Positions 1 to 10,532 of a stretch of DNA of 64,000 nucleotides are shown one piece after another (the stretch's first letter is position 1; each line of letters begins with the position of its first letter). The position numbers were made by a program, and so were the translations under genes. Where the stretch lies: positions 224,001 to 288,000 of the forward strand of contig CBDAOC010000019.1 of the NCBI GenBank assembly GCA_965197925.1, given 5' to 3'. The notes below the pieces were generated by a model. It had not been told where the DNA came from. It did no database searches and saw nothing but the letters and a program-made list of their open reading frames with translations. The stretch comes from Nitrososphaerales archaeon (GTDB lineage: Archaea > Thermoproteota > Nitrososphaeria > Nitrososphaerales > UBA213).

Positions 1-162
1 ACAATTCCCTGTCATCGTATTGTGATGTCAACTGGGTCTTTAGGGGGATATAAGTATGGTCAATGGAAGAAATCAGAACTCCTTGCGAAGGAAGGTGTTA
101 AAATATCGAAGGAAAAGATTCTGGAATTTGATAAAATATATTTCAAGTTTGATCAGTTGTAG
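1..162 (+). CDS. ogt: Methylated-DNA--protein-cysteine methyltransferase (MGMT), 3' part only
   Basis: Frame 1 reads TIPCHRIVMSTGSLGGYKYG...KKSELLAKEG. It contains the PCHR active-site motif and stops at TAG 160-162. Not in the ORF track because the start lies outside the window. Confidence 0.9.
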   Translation, partial: TIPCHRIVMSTGSLGGYKYGQWKKSELLAKEGVKISKEKILEFDKIYFKFDQL

Positions 163-595
163 CTTCCCGGGCCAATTCTCTCAGGTGGGCAAGTGATCTT
201 ACATGTCCACCTCTGATCTTTTTATAAAGAGACCAATATGTCTTATTACTTATTTCCCCTCTTGCCTTGAAGATTCCTATATGCCTTCGCATCGCTCTCA
301 CCTTCTTCACCCATATCTGTTTCTTGCCTTGCCTTGCCTTTTTGCGACCCTTTTTAGAGCCAGCTCCCGTCCCATGTTTTCTCGCCCTCAAGTGTTTTAC
401 GCGTTTTCTTCCCCTAGATGTTCCCGTTATTTCAGCAACATAGATACTGCGCGCTGTAACCAGACTTCTGATATCGTCTCTGGTTATAGCATCTAGCACA
501 TCCTCAATAAATTCCGGTTCAAACTTTATTCTGCTAACACCAACGCCAAGAGTTCTTGCAGCAAGTTCACGTTTATCCCTCAGATTTATCGGCAA
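143..595 (-). CDS. rpl19e: 50S ribosomal protein L19e
   Basis: Motifs LAARTLGVGVSRI, AITRDDIRSL, GAGSKKG-KKAR and WVKKVRAMRR. Confidence 0.97.
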   Translation of the reverse strand: MPINLRDKRELAARTLGVGVSRIKFEPEFIEDVLDAITRDDIRSLVTARSIYVAEITGTSRGRKRVKHLRARKHGTGAGSKKGRKKARQGKKQIWVKKVRAMRRHIGIFKARGEISNKTYWSLYKKIRGGHVRSLAHLRELAREATTDQT

Positions 596-601
596 ACAAA
601 A

Positions 602-979
602 TCACCTTGCATTTAACACTTTCAGCCTGAGACCCTTCGCCTTTTCTATAATTTCCTTTCTCTTTCTCTTACCCACGGTCGCTGCTATCCTAGCAGCATC
701 TTTTTTTGGGTCGAGAATACTTAACCCATTAACATTGTGAACAAGCTTATCGTAATAACCAGAGGGATGTAAATATCGACCACACTTTGGTCCTCCATAA
801 CCTATCTTGACAAGTTTCGGCCAACCTTTTATCCCTAGCCGCATCTTACTGTCTATTCCCCTTGGCTTTCGCCAATTGGATTTTACTCGTTTATACCTCC
901 AACTCTCTTGTCTCACAAAACTAGGTCTATTAGTTCTTACCTGTTCCCTTGTGCTTGAATGCTCATTTGTACTTGCCAT
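602..979 (-). CDS. rpl32e: 50S ribosomal protein L32e
   Basis: Motif FVRQESWRYKRVKSNWRKPRGIDSKMR; adjacent to rpl19e. Confidence 0.97.
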   Translation of the reverse strand: MASTNEHSSTREQVRTNRPSFVRQESWRYKRVKSNWRKPRGIDSKMRLGIKGWPKLVKIGYGGPKCGRYLHPSGYYDKLVHNVNGLSILDPKKDAARIAATVGKRKRKEIIEKAKGLRLKVLNAR

Positions 980-1094
980 TGTGTAGGAAGCATTATGTAT
1001 AAATAAATAGTTTCCGAGCCGTATGTGTACAAGGGGAGATTTGGGTCAGGATAACTTGCTCACCATGATATTATTTATAAAAAAAGGAATTGCG

Positions 1095-3416
1095 CTAGGT
1101 AGTTATTCTGTAGTTTCTCTTATCCCACACATATACAACTATCACTGCAATTCCTAGAAAGGAGATTATCATGAATGTCTCTTTCAGAGGTATACCGAAC
1201 AAATCATGGTAATCGTATATCAAGCCATTTGGAGCCAAGTCATTAACATAGAGAACGGTGAAGCCCTTGATATCGCCAAGGTCCGTAATTACATCGGCCT
1301 CTATCCAGTGTTCACCAACATTTCGAGCTGGAATTTCCAGTAAGTTTTTTGAGGGTGTAAGGGAAAGGGTAAGTGGATAACCACGCCTGTTCTCTGCATT
1401 CGATATCTTTACCTTTGCAAACGTCCAATTTTCCTCAGAATCAATAGACAACCATATTTTCCCATCTTCATTCCTGCCGTTCAAGGCAACTTTATCAGCA
1501 TAAACTATTACAGGTATGGAAATCTTATCTTGCTCCGACTCAACATAAACTCTACCCTCAAATTTCCCAGTCGTAGGTTCGGAGAGCTTTGTACTAATGA
1601 TTAGACTTGATCTACTTTCATCAATAATTTTAATTTCAGCATCGAGTGGTAATGGTTCGTCCCAATCTGTACTTACATTCAGCTTGCCAATTTCGTCCCC
1701 TATTGATTTCAGATCTATCACCTTGGAAACTTCCTTTCCCGCAGAAAGATGGAATATGGCATAATAGGGTGTCGCAACAATGTTTGTGTCTAGGACTGCA
1801 TCTACATCAAGCCGTCCTGCACCAGCAGAATCAAATGAATATGTAAGTCCATAAGCATCATGTAAAGACTCCGCAGTTGTGGCTAGAATCGATGAAACAT
1901 CACTTGGTTTGAGTTCGGGGTTCTTCTGCAATAGTAAAGCAATTGTGCCAGTCGCATGCGGTGCCGCGAAGCTGGTTCCACTTGTAACATTGTAAGAATG
2001 TTGAGTACTTGTAGAATTTATGAAGGCCCCGGGAGCTACTAGGGTAGGCTTTAGATAGAACGGCGAAACAGGACCTCTGGAACTGAATGGTGCAACTATA
2101 TCAGGGTTGTAAAATAACGCAAGCTCAGCATTAATTAGACCCTGACTTATCAATTCCTTAAGTATTAAACCTTCTTGCATTGACACAGAAACTACTGGAA
2201 TGCTCGGCTTGTAACCTTGTGAAGAGTTATCATTGATCAAAGTACCATGAAAAACACCTGGCATGTTATTATAAACTATGAGCGCTTTTGCTCCATTTCT
2301 TGCTACGTTCATTTCCTTAGAAGTAAAATATACTATCTCCGTCTGCTGTTTTCCATCAACCTCTATTATTGGTCCGCCCCTCTCTGCTAGGACTATCCTT
2401 CCACTCACATCAACTTCAGCAATGTCATCCGTTATTGCAAAGCCCCCAAATACCAGATTACCATTTATTGGCTTATTGGGAATAACAGAACCTAACATTG
2501 GTATCACATTGTATCTATCATCATTATTGCTGACCCTTAATGTTGAAGCAGCACTCACTGTTACATTGTTTAGTGAAGCCCCTACACTGATCGCATTGGG
2601 TGATGATGCTGGACTGCCAATCTTCTTTGTTTCGCCGTTGTTTCCTGCGGCCGTAACAACAACAATTCCTTCAGATACTAGTTTTTCTATGGCATTGTCA
2701 ATCTCTTCACTAATAAAGTCTAGACCCAAACTTATATTCACAACATCAATGTCATCAATAACAGCTCGATCAAGTGCCCTTATCATATCAGCTGTAGAAA
2801 CATAGTTACCTTTAGATGCTATCCTATATGCTATAAGTTCCGCATTTGGTGCAACCCCTTTGACAGATCCGTTTGCAGCTATAATCCCCGCCACAAGAGT
2901 GCCATGACCGTCAGTATCCATGGGGGTCTCGTCATGGTCCAGAAAATCATAACCACCCACAACTTTCCCATCATTCCCAAACCCAAATAAATCTGGATGT
3001 GTGTAATCTATGCCTGTGTCCACGACCGCAATGCGTACTCCACGACCATCAAGTTCTCTTCCACTTGAATCTTTTGCCTTGATGTCATTAGCTCCTATGA
3101 GCTTCAAACTTTTATCAAGACTTGTTTTGAGAAATTTTTCTCTATAAATATTAGAAACTATCGTTTCACTTTTTAGCTTATCAACTTGGTCTGAAGTTAT
3201 TTCAAGTACTGCCCCATACATCAAATTATTCAACTTATCCATCACTTCAAAATTATATCCAAGCATCTTCAAATATAATAAATTTAAATCCACATGAGCA
3301 GAATTAAATTCTATAATAACTTTAATTCTATCTTCATACAACGTCGATGGAATGAAATTTAGAAACATTACAAAAATAATGAGAAAGAACAAATCTTTCC
3401 TTTGAATACTAATCAT
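1095..3416 (-). CDS. Membrane-anchored subtilisin-like S8 serine peptidase with PA domain
   Basis: Catalytic motifs VVDTGID, GHGTLVAG and SGTSFAAPH; oxyanion motif AAGN; PA-domain insert (GRIVLAERG, NGAKALIVYNN); N-terminal signal peptide and C-terminal TM helix. Confidence 0.93.
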   Translation of the reverse strand: MISIQRKDLFFLIIFVMFLNFIPSTLYEDRIKVIIEFNSAHVDLNLLYLKMLGYNFEVMDKLNNLMYGAVLEITSDQVDKLKSETIVSNIYREKFLKTSLDKSLKLIGANDIKAKDSSGRELDGRGVRIAVVDTGIDYTHPDLFGFGNDGKVVGGYDFLDHDETPMDTDGHGTLVAGIIAANGSVKGVAPNAELIAYRIASKGNYVSTADMIRALDRAVIDDIDVVNISLGLDFISEEIDNAIEKLVSEGIVVVTAAGNNGETKKIGSPASSPNAISVGASLNNVTVSAASTLRVSNNDDRYNVIPMLGSVIPNKPINGNLVFGGFAITDDIAEVDVSGRIVLAERGGPIIEVDGKQQTEIVYFTSKEMNVARNGAKALIVYNNMPGVFHGTLINDNSSQGYKPSIPVVSVSMQEGLILKELISQGLINAELALFYNPDIVAPFSSRGPVSPFYLKPTLVAPGAFINSTSTQHSYNVTSGTSFAAPHATGTIALLLQKNPELKPSDVSSILATTAESLHDAYGLTYSFDSAGAGRLDVDAVLDTNIVATPYYAIFHLSAGKEVSKVIDLKSIGDEIGKLNVSTDWDEPLPLDAEIKIIDESRSSLIISTKLSEPTTGKFEGRVYVESEQDKISIPVIVYADKVALNGRNEDGKIWLSIDSEENWTFAKVKISNAENRRGYPLTLSLTPSKNLLEIPARNVGEHWIEADVITDLGDIKGFTVLYVNDLAPNGLIYDYHDLFGIPLKETFMIISFLGIAVIVVYVWDKRNYRITT

Positions 3417-3505
3417 TGCGTAAGATGATTTGAAATACTCGCTATAAAGCTACCCCCACTAGATTCGAGCAAAAAGGTTAAATTAGATGTCGGAAAATAG
3501 GAAAC

Positions 3506-4114
3506 ATGGTAAAAAAATATTCACTGCCGGATCTACCATACAAATACGAAGATTTGGAACCACACATATCGAAGGATATCATGACATTGCACCATGACAA
3601 GCATCATTTGGCATACGTAAATGGTGCGAATGCGGCATTAGACAAGTTGGAGAATGCTAGAAAGAATGACTTCAAAGGAATTGACGCAAGAGGTGTGACA
3701 AGAGATCTTTCATTCCATGTATCTGGTCACTTTATGCATTCAATATTTTGGCCCAATATGAAAAGGAATGGAGGAGGCAAACCAGGTGGTAAGCTTGGTG
3801 ACTTGATAAATGTAGACTTTGGTAGTTTTGATAGCTTCAAAACACAGTTCACCGAAGTTGCCAAAGCAATCGAGGGAATAGGATGGGCTGTATTAGCCTA
3901 TGATCCAGTTTCGGATCAGTTGATGACATTCAATATAGAGAAGCATAATATACACACAACAGGGCCGGGAATGGTACTACTAATGGTTATTGATGTGTGG
4001 GAGCATGCATACTATTTGCAGTACAAGAACGACAAGGGTAGTTATATTTCAGCATGGTGGAATGTTGTAAACTGGGACGATGTCGACAAGAGGTTAGGAA
4101 AGACAATCTCATAA
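3506..4114 (+). CDS. sod: Fe/Mn superoxide dismutase
   Basis: Motifs LPDLPYKYEDLEPHIS, LHHDKHH and DVWEHAYY. Confidence 0.97.
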   Translation: MVKKYSLPDLPYKYEDLEPHISKDIMTLHHDKHHLAYVNGANAALDKLENARKNDFKGIDARGVTRDLSFHVSGHFMHSIFWPNMKRNGGGKPGGKLGDLINVDFGSFDSFKTQFTEVAKAIEGIGWAVLAYDPVSDQLMTFNIEKHNIHTTGPGMVLLMVIDVWEHAYYLQYKNDKGSYISAWWNVVNWDDVDKRLGKTIS

Positions 4115-4120
4115 AGGCAC

Positions 4121-4140
4121 TCTCTTTCTTTTTTTTCTTT
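4121..4140 (+). terminator. Oligo-T archaeal terminator after sod
   Basis: TCTCTTTCTTTTTTTTCTTT begins 7 bp after the stop codon. Confidence 0.6.
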
Positions 4141-4306
4141 GGTATAAAACTCCTCACAAGTAGTAGAGATTTTAGACTCATCCTAATACATAGGTATGAA
4201 AAATTAGAGGAATTGGCTTGAAATGAGGACCAGGTATTCGAGTTCTGTAATGGTTAAATGTTTATTTGAAAACGAAATAATTCAGCATAGGAGAACCCAT
4301 CTATCT

Positions 4307-6273
4307 GAGGATTGGGCGTAATTTAGCTTGAAACGATAAGATCAGGTTTCAATTTTCATTGGTAATGTGTTTAGCTAAGACTCCATACTTCTTCGTATAT
4401 TATTTTTGATTGGTGTGATTACTCGGCCAAAACCTAATAGGAAAAGAGGTAGACCATTTTATTATTCTCCTACAGTTATGAAGAGATGCTTCATCGTTAG
4501 AGTATGGATAAGAATACCAAGCAACAATGCTTTGCATGAAACTTTTCGATAGACATGCCATGCAACAGGAAGGTAATGATGGCATGTGGTCTTGATAGGT
4601 TGCCAGATAAAAGAACATTCGACAGAAGGTTCAAGGCCATATCAATTGACATAAGATCAAGGATAGGTGCTATGGGTATGCTCTTCATAAAAGATGGGTT
4701 GGTAGACCCAGCCATAATATCCGTTGACAGTTCATTGTTGAAAGCAAAGGGACATGTATGGCATAGATCAAACATGAAGAAGAACGAAGTGCCACGCTCA
4801 GGTATAGATACAGATGCTCGATGGGGATTCAGCAGAACCAAGGGATGGGTATTCGGATACAAACTGCATCTAGCATGTAGCACAGGTTCGTTGATAGTTC
4901 CATTATCAGCTGATTTCACAACAGCTAACATTACTGATAACAAGATGTATGAAAGCATAACATCTTCATTGCCTACAGGAATGGTAAGGTATGTTGTAGG
5001 AGATGAAGGATATGATGATCACAAGTTATGTGATTTCAGCAGGTATAGAGGGCATCCAGTATTCCCATTGGAAAGGTACAAGCATACTACAGATAATAAT
5101 AGACTGGCATTGCTGCAGTTCTATCAATCGGAATTTGGGCAGCATGTATACTCACAAAGAAGCATAAGCGTTGAACCATTGATAGAAGACATAAAGGATC
5201 AACTCATCTCAAAACCCTACAATACATCAAAAATGATGCAAGATTAACAAATGCCAGATAGTTTTCTGCCGTTCTTTCATACCTGGTTCTTGTTCTGTGA
5301 AATCCATTCTTGAGCCATGCAAGGAATCTCTCAACTACAAATCTTGTCTTGCTGTAATGTTTGTAATCATTATTTTGCAAGATGAACTTGGAATTTATTT
5401 TGTATGGGATGCAACATGCAATATTTCTATCCCACAAATACATTCTGATGTATTTTGCATCATTTTGTCTGCATAAACTGATTCTATCTGTTGTATTGAA
5501 TCATCATCAAGATAGTCTGAAATTGATCCTGTAACATCCATGCATTTTGTACTGTCATGTTCATTTGCTGGACTCAGCAGTATGGATATTGGAAATCCGT
5601 TACCCTCTACTGCGGCATGTATTTTTGTACCTGTTATTCTCTTGAATCCATTATATCCAGTTACATTGCCCCTTTTTTATCAGGAATGGATGAAGAGTCA
5701 ACTGATATTTTTTGTAGATTAATTTTGCCAGATTTATGTGCTGAGTGAATAGTACGCGATAGAATCTTTTTCCAGATTCCTTTTTGTTGCCATTTGTTTA
5801 ACCTTCTGTTTGCAGTAGAATCATCACCATATCTTTTTGGCATATCGTCCCATCGGCATCCAGTAGTTAGAACATGGATTATTCCGTTAATGATTTTTCT
5901 ATCATCATCCCTAGGCCTGCCAGTTTTTGCATGTGGTGGTATGTGTGATTCCATCATACTCCACTGTTTGTCTGATAATTCTTGGAATTTCATAAAATAA
6001 TTTTAGATGTCGCTATTCATGGATCTAAATGGTCGCTAAAAATTGTCTAAATGGTTAGTTTTGAGATGAGTTGGATGTATTTGATATAGACCCACTACCT
6101 GTTAGAGAATTTGATAAAGCTAAGAGCATCGTTCTGATTTCTATATTGCTATACCAGCTGATGGTATACTACAACTACTTGACAGGAATGCCTCTGAAGG
6201 ATTTGAAGCACATGCTGGGAAGCTAAAGAAACAATAGCAACTTATTATTATTATTGAATTACGCCCAAGCCTC
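4307..6273 (+). mobile_element. IS element copy A1 (DDE transposase, IS982/IS4-like), interrupted by a nested IS5
   Basis: 17-bp TIRs GAGGATTGGGCGTAATT (4307) and AATTACGCCCAAGCCTC (ends 6273). 8-bp flanks ATCTATCT / ATCAATCT. Transposase motifs SVDSS, GYKLHL and GDEGYD. Lesions: a TAA near 4376, a 1-bp deletion near 4540, and the nested insertion at 5200. Confidence 0.9.
5200..6073 (-). mobile_element. IS5-family element copy B1 (874 bp), defective transposase
   Basis: 16-bp TIRs CAACTCATCTCAAAAC / GTTTTGAGATGAGTTG and 3-bp TSD GAT. ORF A (5661-5993) has ELSDKQW, GRPRDDDR and TGCRWDDMP, and ends at an A6G4 slippery run. ORF B has RFVVERFLAWL and RYER. Confidence 0.95.
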
Positions 6274-6435
6274 ATCAATCTAGATATCTTTAATTGCATC
6301 TGACAAAACAATTACCAACAAAATTTTGATATATAACATCATAAATTGGAACCTAAAAACTCTCTTTACTCTTGGAGGAAGGTATGGTCCATATTAATGG
6401 AGATAAAAATGACCTAAGTTTGATCCCAAAAATTC

Positions 6436-6828
6436 TTAACGATGATTTACCCATACATTGCCTAAAGACTCATGCTTTGGTCCTATTGCAAAGGCTAGAC
6501 ATTCCCATTCTTGATTTGAGTTGTTAACAAATCTATGAATCGAATTGGGCGGAATGTAAACAAGTGTATTCGGTCTAACTTCCACATCTTTGCCGTCTAT
6601 GGTTGCAATTACATTTCCCCTTAGACCATAAACTATCACAGTCTCATTATTATGGTAATGTGCTTGGTGCACTTCACCTGGATTTAGTTTGGCACCAAGA
6701 ACCAAAATTCTAGAATTTTTTTCATTTTCCTCCAATAATTTTTTTATTTTTAACATATCATCAGCTTTACTCGTTTCATAAGGCCTAATCCAGCATTTTA
6801 TATCTTCAAGATTTATGCTCTTGCTCAT
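6436..6828 (-). CDS. Cupin-domain protein
   Basis: Cupin motifs PGEVHQAHYHNNE and YIPPNSIHRFVN. Confidence 0.85.
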   Translation of the reverse strand: MSKSINLEDIKCWIRPYETSKADDMLKIKKLLEENEKNSRILVLGAKLNPGEVHQAHYHNNETVIVYGLRGNVIATIDGKDVEVRPNTLVYIPPNSIHRFVNNSNQEWECLAFAIGPKHESLGNVWVNHR

Positions 6829-6873
6829 AAGAAGAATGAAGCCACCAGCGAATAAGAATCTTGTCAGAGTGCA

Positions 6874-6881
6874 TTTATAAG
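6874..6881 (+). promoter_or_regulatory. TATA box for pfdA-ftsY-argF (probably a leaderless mRNA)
   Basis: TTTATAAG lies about 25 bp upstream of the ATG at 6906. Confidence 0.6.
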
Positions 6882-6905
6882 CAAGATATATTTGCCTTTT
6901 TCATT

Positions 6906-7328
6906 ATGAGTGAAGAAGAAAAGTTACAGGCATTAGTTACTCAGATGAAAATGTACGAAGCTTATCTTAATGATATTCTTACAAGAGAAAACTCTGTTAC
7001 TAGATTGATGGAGGAAGGTAGACTTGGAATAGAGGCTATAAAGAACATTTCAGAAGAAGAACCTTTGGAAATGTTGGTGCCAATTGGCATGGGGATTTAT
7101 GTGCAAACCTTATCATCACCCAACAAGAAACTCTTAGTAAATATTGGTGCAGGTGTTGCGATCGAAAAAAGTAAAAACGAGGCAGTTACATATGTAGAAA
7201 CTAGACTTAAGGAAGTAGAGGGAGCATTGAGATCTATGATTGCACAAAAGCAGGAACTAGCCGCAAAAATGGAACAGACTCGCAACGAAGTGAATAGTAT
7301 TCTTAAGAAGATGAAATCGTCAGGTTGA
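6906..7328 (+). CDS. pfdA: Prefoldin subunit alpha
   Basis: Motifs LVPIGMGIYV and LLVNIGAGVAIEKS with coiled-coil arms. Start moved to ATG 6906 based on TATA spacing. Confidence 0.93.
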   Translation: MSEEEKLQALVTQMKMYEAYLNDILTRENSVTRLMEEGRLGIEAIKNISEEEPLEMLVPIGMGIYVQTLSSPNKKLLVNIGAGVAIEKSKNEAVTYVETRLKEVEGALRSMIAQKQELAAKMEQTRNEVNSILKKMKSSG

Positions 7329-7334
7329 TATGTT

Positions 7335-8255
7335 ATGTTTGATAGGCTGAAGAGAACATTATCAGAAGCATTAAAGAAAATAGGGGAACAGGAACTGGTG
7401 GAGAGAGATATAGATAAGTTGTTCGCCGATTTACAAATATCTCTTTTAGAAAGTGATGTGGCTCAAGAAGTAATAGATGATTTGACGCAAAGAATGAAGA
7501 AAGAATTAGTGGGGAAAAAAGTGGAGAAGGAGGACGGGAAAGAGCATTTTGTCAAGAAGAAAATTGAAGAATATTTGCTACAAATGTTCGAGAGGGCAGG
7601 CTCAGTTGATATTGTAGGTAACATTAACACAAAGAAATCTAAGAAGGCGCCATATTCGATTGTTTTTCTAGGCATTAATGGAACTGGTAAAACCACTACT
7701 ATTGCCAAAATAGCAAAAATGCTCAAAGTACAAGGTTTTTCTCTGGCTATAGCTGCAGCTGATACTCATCGTCCGGGTGCAATAGAGCAAATATCACAAC
7801 ATGCATCAAATCTTTCCGTTAGAGTTATAGCTCAGAGATATGGTGCAGATCCGGCAGCCGTAGGGAGAGACGCTGTACTACATGCAAATTCAAACAAATT
7901 AGATGTTGTTCTCATCGATACTGCAGGGAGAATCCAGACAAGCAAGAATCTTATGGATGAAATGAGTAAGATAATTCGTGTAGTAAAGCCTGACCTGAAG
8001 ATATTCATAGGGGACTCCTTGGTAGGTAATGATACAATAAACCAGGCAACCGAGTTTTACGAATATACAAAATTTGATGGTGCGATCTTAACTAAATCTG
8101 ATGCTGATGTGAGGGGTGGAGCTGCCATCTCGATAGTACATGTAACGGGCAAACCCATAATCTACTTGGGTGTCGGACAGGAATATGATGACTTGGTCTC
8201 CTTTGATTCCAAATCATTTGTAAATTCCATTTTGGGTGGTAGTGTTGCAGGGTAA
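7335..8255 (+). CDS. ftsY: Signal recognition particle receptor FtsY
   Basis: Motifs GINGTGKTTT, DTAGR, TKSDAD and GVGQEYDDL. Confidence 0.97.
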   Translation: MFDRLKRTLSEALKKIGEQELVERDIDKLFADLQISLLESDVAQEVIDDLTQRMKKELVGKKVEKEDGKEHFVKKKIEEYLLQMFERAGSVDIVGNINTKKSKKAPYSIVFLGINGTGKTTTIAKIAKMLKVQGFSLAIAAADTHRPGAIEQISQHASNLSVRVIAQRYGADPAAVGRDAVLHANSNKLDVVLIDTAGRIQTSKNLMDEMSKIIRVVKPDLKIFIGDSLVGNDTINQATEFYEYTKFDGAILTKSDADVRGGAAISIVHVTGKPIIYLGVGQEYDDLVSFDSKSFVNSILGGSVAG

Positions 8256-9174
8256 ACATATTCTATCCATGATGGAATTCACGAAAAGGGATATAGAAGA
8301 TATAATCAAACTTGCAATAAAACAAAAGAAGAGGCCGAGGCCCTTGCTGAAGAAGAAAATTCTCACTATGATTTTTCAAAAGCCTTCCACGCGTACTAGA
8401 ATGAGCTTCGAGATCGCAATGTTGCAGTTAGGCGGTAATGCAATTTATCTTACAATGGATGAATTACAACTTTCACGTGGAGAAACTGCAGAGGACACCG
8501 CAAGAACTTTATCCGTCTATGCTGATGCAATAGGAGCTAGGGTTTATGATCATGCAGATATTGTGAAAATTGCAGATAATGCAAGCGTCCCGGTGATAAA
8601 TATGTTATCTGACATGTATCACCCATGCCAAATTTTGGGAGATCTCCTCACCATTAAGGAATTGAAATCAGATACAGAAAGGTTAAAACTGGCTTGGATA
8701 GGAGATGGTAATAATGTTTGCAATTCACTCATAGTAGGTACTGCACTCATGGGAATAAATAGTACAATTGCCTGTCCGGATGGCTATCAACCGCATAGAG
8801 ACCCTCTAGATTTTGCATTGCGGGAGGCTGCCAAAAATAATTGTTCTATTGAAATAATTGATGACCCTGAAGAGGCAATAAAAAATGCAGACATCGTCTA
8901 TACAGATTCTTTTGTTTCAATGGGTAAGGAAGCGGAGAGGGAAGTAAGATTAAAGGCTTTTCTGCCCAGATTTCAGGTAAATGAAGATTTGATGAAACGC
9001 GCCAACCCCAGGGCTATTTTCATGCATTGCCTCCCAGCTAAGAGGGGGGAGGAAGTTACCAGCAATGTTATTGATGGTAAACAATCGGTGGTATGGTTGG
9101 AGGCGGAAAACAGGTTGCATGCTCAGAAGGCTTTGCTTTGTTTTTTGTTGCTCAAGAATTTAAAAGGTTTATAA
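8236..9174 (+). CDS. argF: Ornithine carbamoyltransferase
   Basis: Motifs STRTR, HPCQ, SMG and HCLP. Confidence 0.97.
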   Translation: MVVLQGKHILSMMEFTKRDIEDIIKLAIKQKKRPRPLLKKKILTMIFQKPSTRTRMSFEIAMLQLGGNAIYLTMDELQLSRGETAEDTARTLSVYADAIGARVYDHADIVKIADNASVPVINMLSDMYHPCQILGDLLTIKELKSDTERLKLAWIGDGNNVCNSLIVGTALMGINSTIACPDGYQPHRDPLDFALREAAKNNCSIEIIDDPEEAIKNADIVYTDSFVSMGKEAEREVRLKAFLPRFQVNEDLMKRANPRAIFMHCLPAKRGEEVTSNVIDGKQSVVWLEAENRLHAQKALLCFLLLKNLKGL

Positions 9175-9219
9175 GGGCTTTGAATACGATTGCTCTAAAT
9201 ATCGGAGGATTATGGACAA

Positions 9220-9927
9220 TTGAGCTATACACCCTTGCTTCGAAGGATCAAGGAAGATAAAACTAACTACCGTAGAAGGAAACCTATTTTGATTAGCAAG
9301 AGCTATTTTGCTGCAATAAGATTAAGTAATCAAAATATTCAAATCCAAGTGGTGAAACCTACAATAAAAGGCGACACTGTTCTGATTTATGCTCATAGTA
9401 GGGAACTAATAAAAAAGGGCTGGAAGGGTTCTAGGAAGAGCCTCCCGGCCTGTTATCTTACAGGTTTACTAGCTGGTACTAAGGCAATTTTGAAAAATAT
9501 AAACGAGTGTATCCTTTACACGGGTAAGAGACATTATTCACCTAAGATTGCAGCCTCTGTCAAGGGATTATTGGATGCAGGAATTACTATTCCTATAGAA
9601 GAAGAGACTATTCCTAAGGAAGAAAATTTGAATGGAAAACATATTGCTGACTATGCAAAAGATCTCAAAGAAAAAGATCATGAACTGTATAATGCCAGAT
9701 TTTCTGGACTGATTAAGGAAGGATTTATTCCGGAAAATTACGTTGAGAATGTTGAAAGGACTAAATCGGAAATACTTGGTAAATCGGTAGGCAAGGAGGA
9801 GGATAATAATGGAATGGAGACGCAAGAAAAGGAAGGAAAATCAGCTCAAAGGCAAAAAAGAACTATCCGCGATAAGGGTTCTAAAGATAAAGTTTCTAAG
9901 AAGGATGGTAAGGGTAAGAAGATTTGA
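9220..9927 (+). CDS. rpl18: 50S ribosomal protein L18 with a charged C-terminal tail
   Basis: Motifs RRIKEDKTNYRRR, AHSREL and LPACYLTG. Confidence 0.96.
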   Translation: MSYTPLLRRIKEDKTNYRRRKPILISKSYFAAIRLSNQNIQIQVVKPTIKGDTVLIYAHSRELIKKGWKGSRKSLPACYLTGLLAGTKAILKNINECILYTGKRHYSPKIAASVKGLLDAGITIPIEEETIPKEENLNGKHIADYAKDLKEKDHELYNARFSGLIKEGFIPENYVENVERTKSEILGKSVGKEEDNNGMETQEKEGKSAQRQKRTIRDKGSKDKVSKKDGKGKKI

Positions 9928-10532
9928 GACGAGAACAACAAATTTCAGAATGGAATCCCAGAACAAAACTGGGTATACTTGTAGCTGAAGGCAAGATAAA
10001 ATCTGTGGATGAAGTATTTGAAAATGGATATAGGGTGCAAGAGTCAGAAATCATAAGGGCTCTGTTACCGGATATAAGGAAGGAGGTAGTTCATGTTGGA
10101 ATTGTGCAGAAACAGACAGATGCTGGTGAGATGACAAGGTTCAAGGCTATTGTAGCTGCTGGCAACGAAGGTGGTTGGCTAGGAATTGGGAAGGGCAAGG
10201 CTGCACAGATGAGAAGTGCTATTGACAAGGCTACCAATGCAGCTTTACTCAATGTTATACCGATCAAGTTGGGATGCGGCAGTTGGGAATGTCGTTGTAA
10301 TCAACTACATTCAGTACCATTTATGGTTGAAGGTAAGGGTGGGAGCGTAAGGGTGGAGATTCTTCCTGGACCAAGGGGTGTTGGGATTGTTGCTGGAGAA
10401 AATATACGGACTTTGCTAAAACTTGCTGGTTTAAAGGATGCTTGGACGAAAACTTATGGCTCCACTAATACAATGTCTTCAACATCGAAGGCAATTTACA
10501 ATGCGTTAAGGAGCACATATAGTGTTGGCTAA
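9924..10532 (+). CDS. rps5: 30S ribosomal protein S5
   Basis: Motifs WNPRTKLG, QKQTDAGE and GCGSWEC. Confidence 0.97.
   Translation: MRREQQISEWNPRTKLGILVAEGKIKSVDEVFENGYRVQESEIIRALLPDIRKEVVHVGIVQKQTDAGEMTRFKAIVAAGNEGGWLGIGKGKAAQMRSAIDKATNAALLNVIPIKLGCGSWECRCNQLHSVPFMVEGKGGSVRVEILPGPRGVGIVAGENIRTLLKLAGLKDAWTKTYGSTNTMSSTSKAIYNALRSTYSVG

Noticed and set aside
2278..2805. Long antisense ORFs (this one, 14270-14686, 17874-18275, 24799-25278, 27529-27957, 50985-51344 and similar)
   Set aside because: They lie opposite better-supported genes and have the Ser/Ile/Phe-rich composition of shadow frames.
143..9927. rpl32e-rpl19e separated from and opposite to rpl18-rps5 as a novel rearrangement
   Set aside because: As I recall, thaumarchaeal genomes commonly have this operon fragmented. 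I cannot show it is specific to this genome without a synteny comparison.
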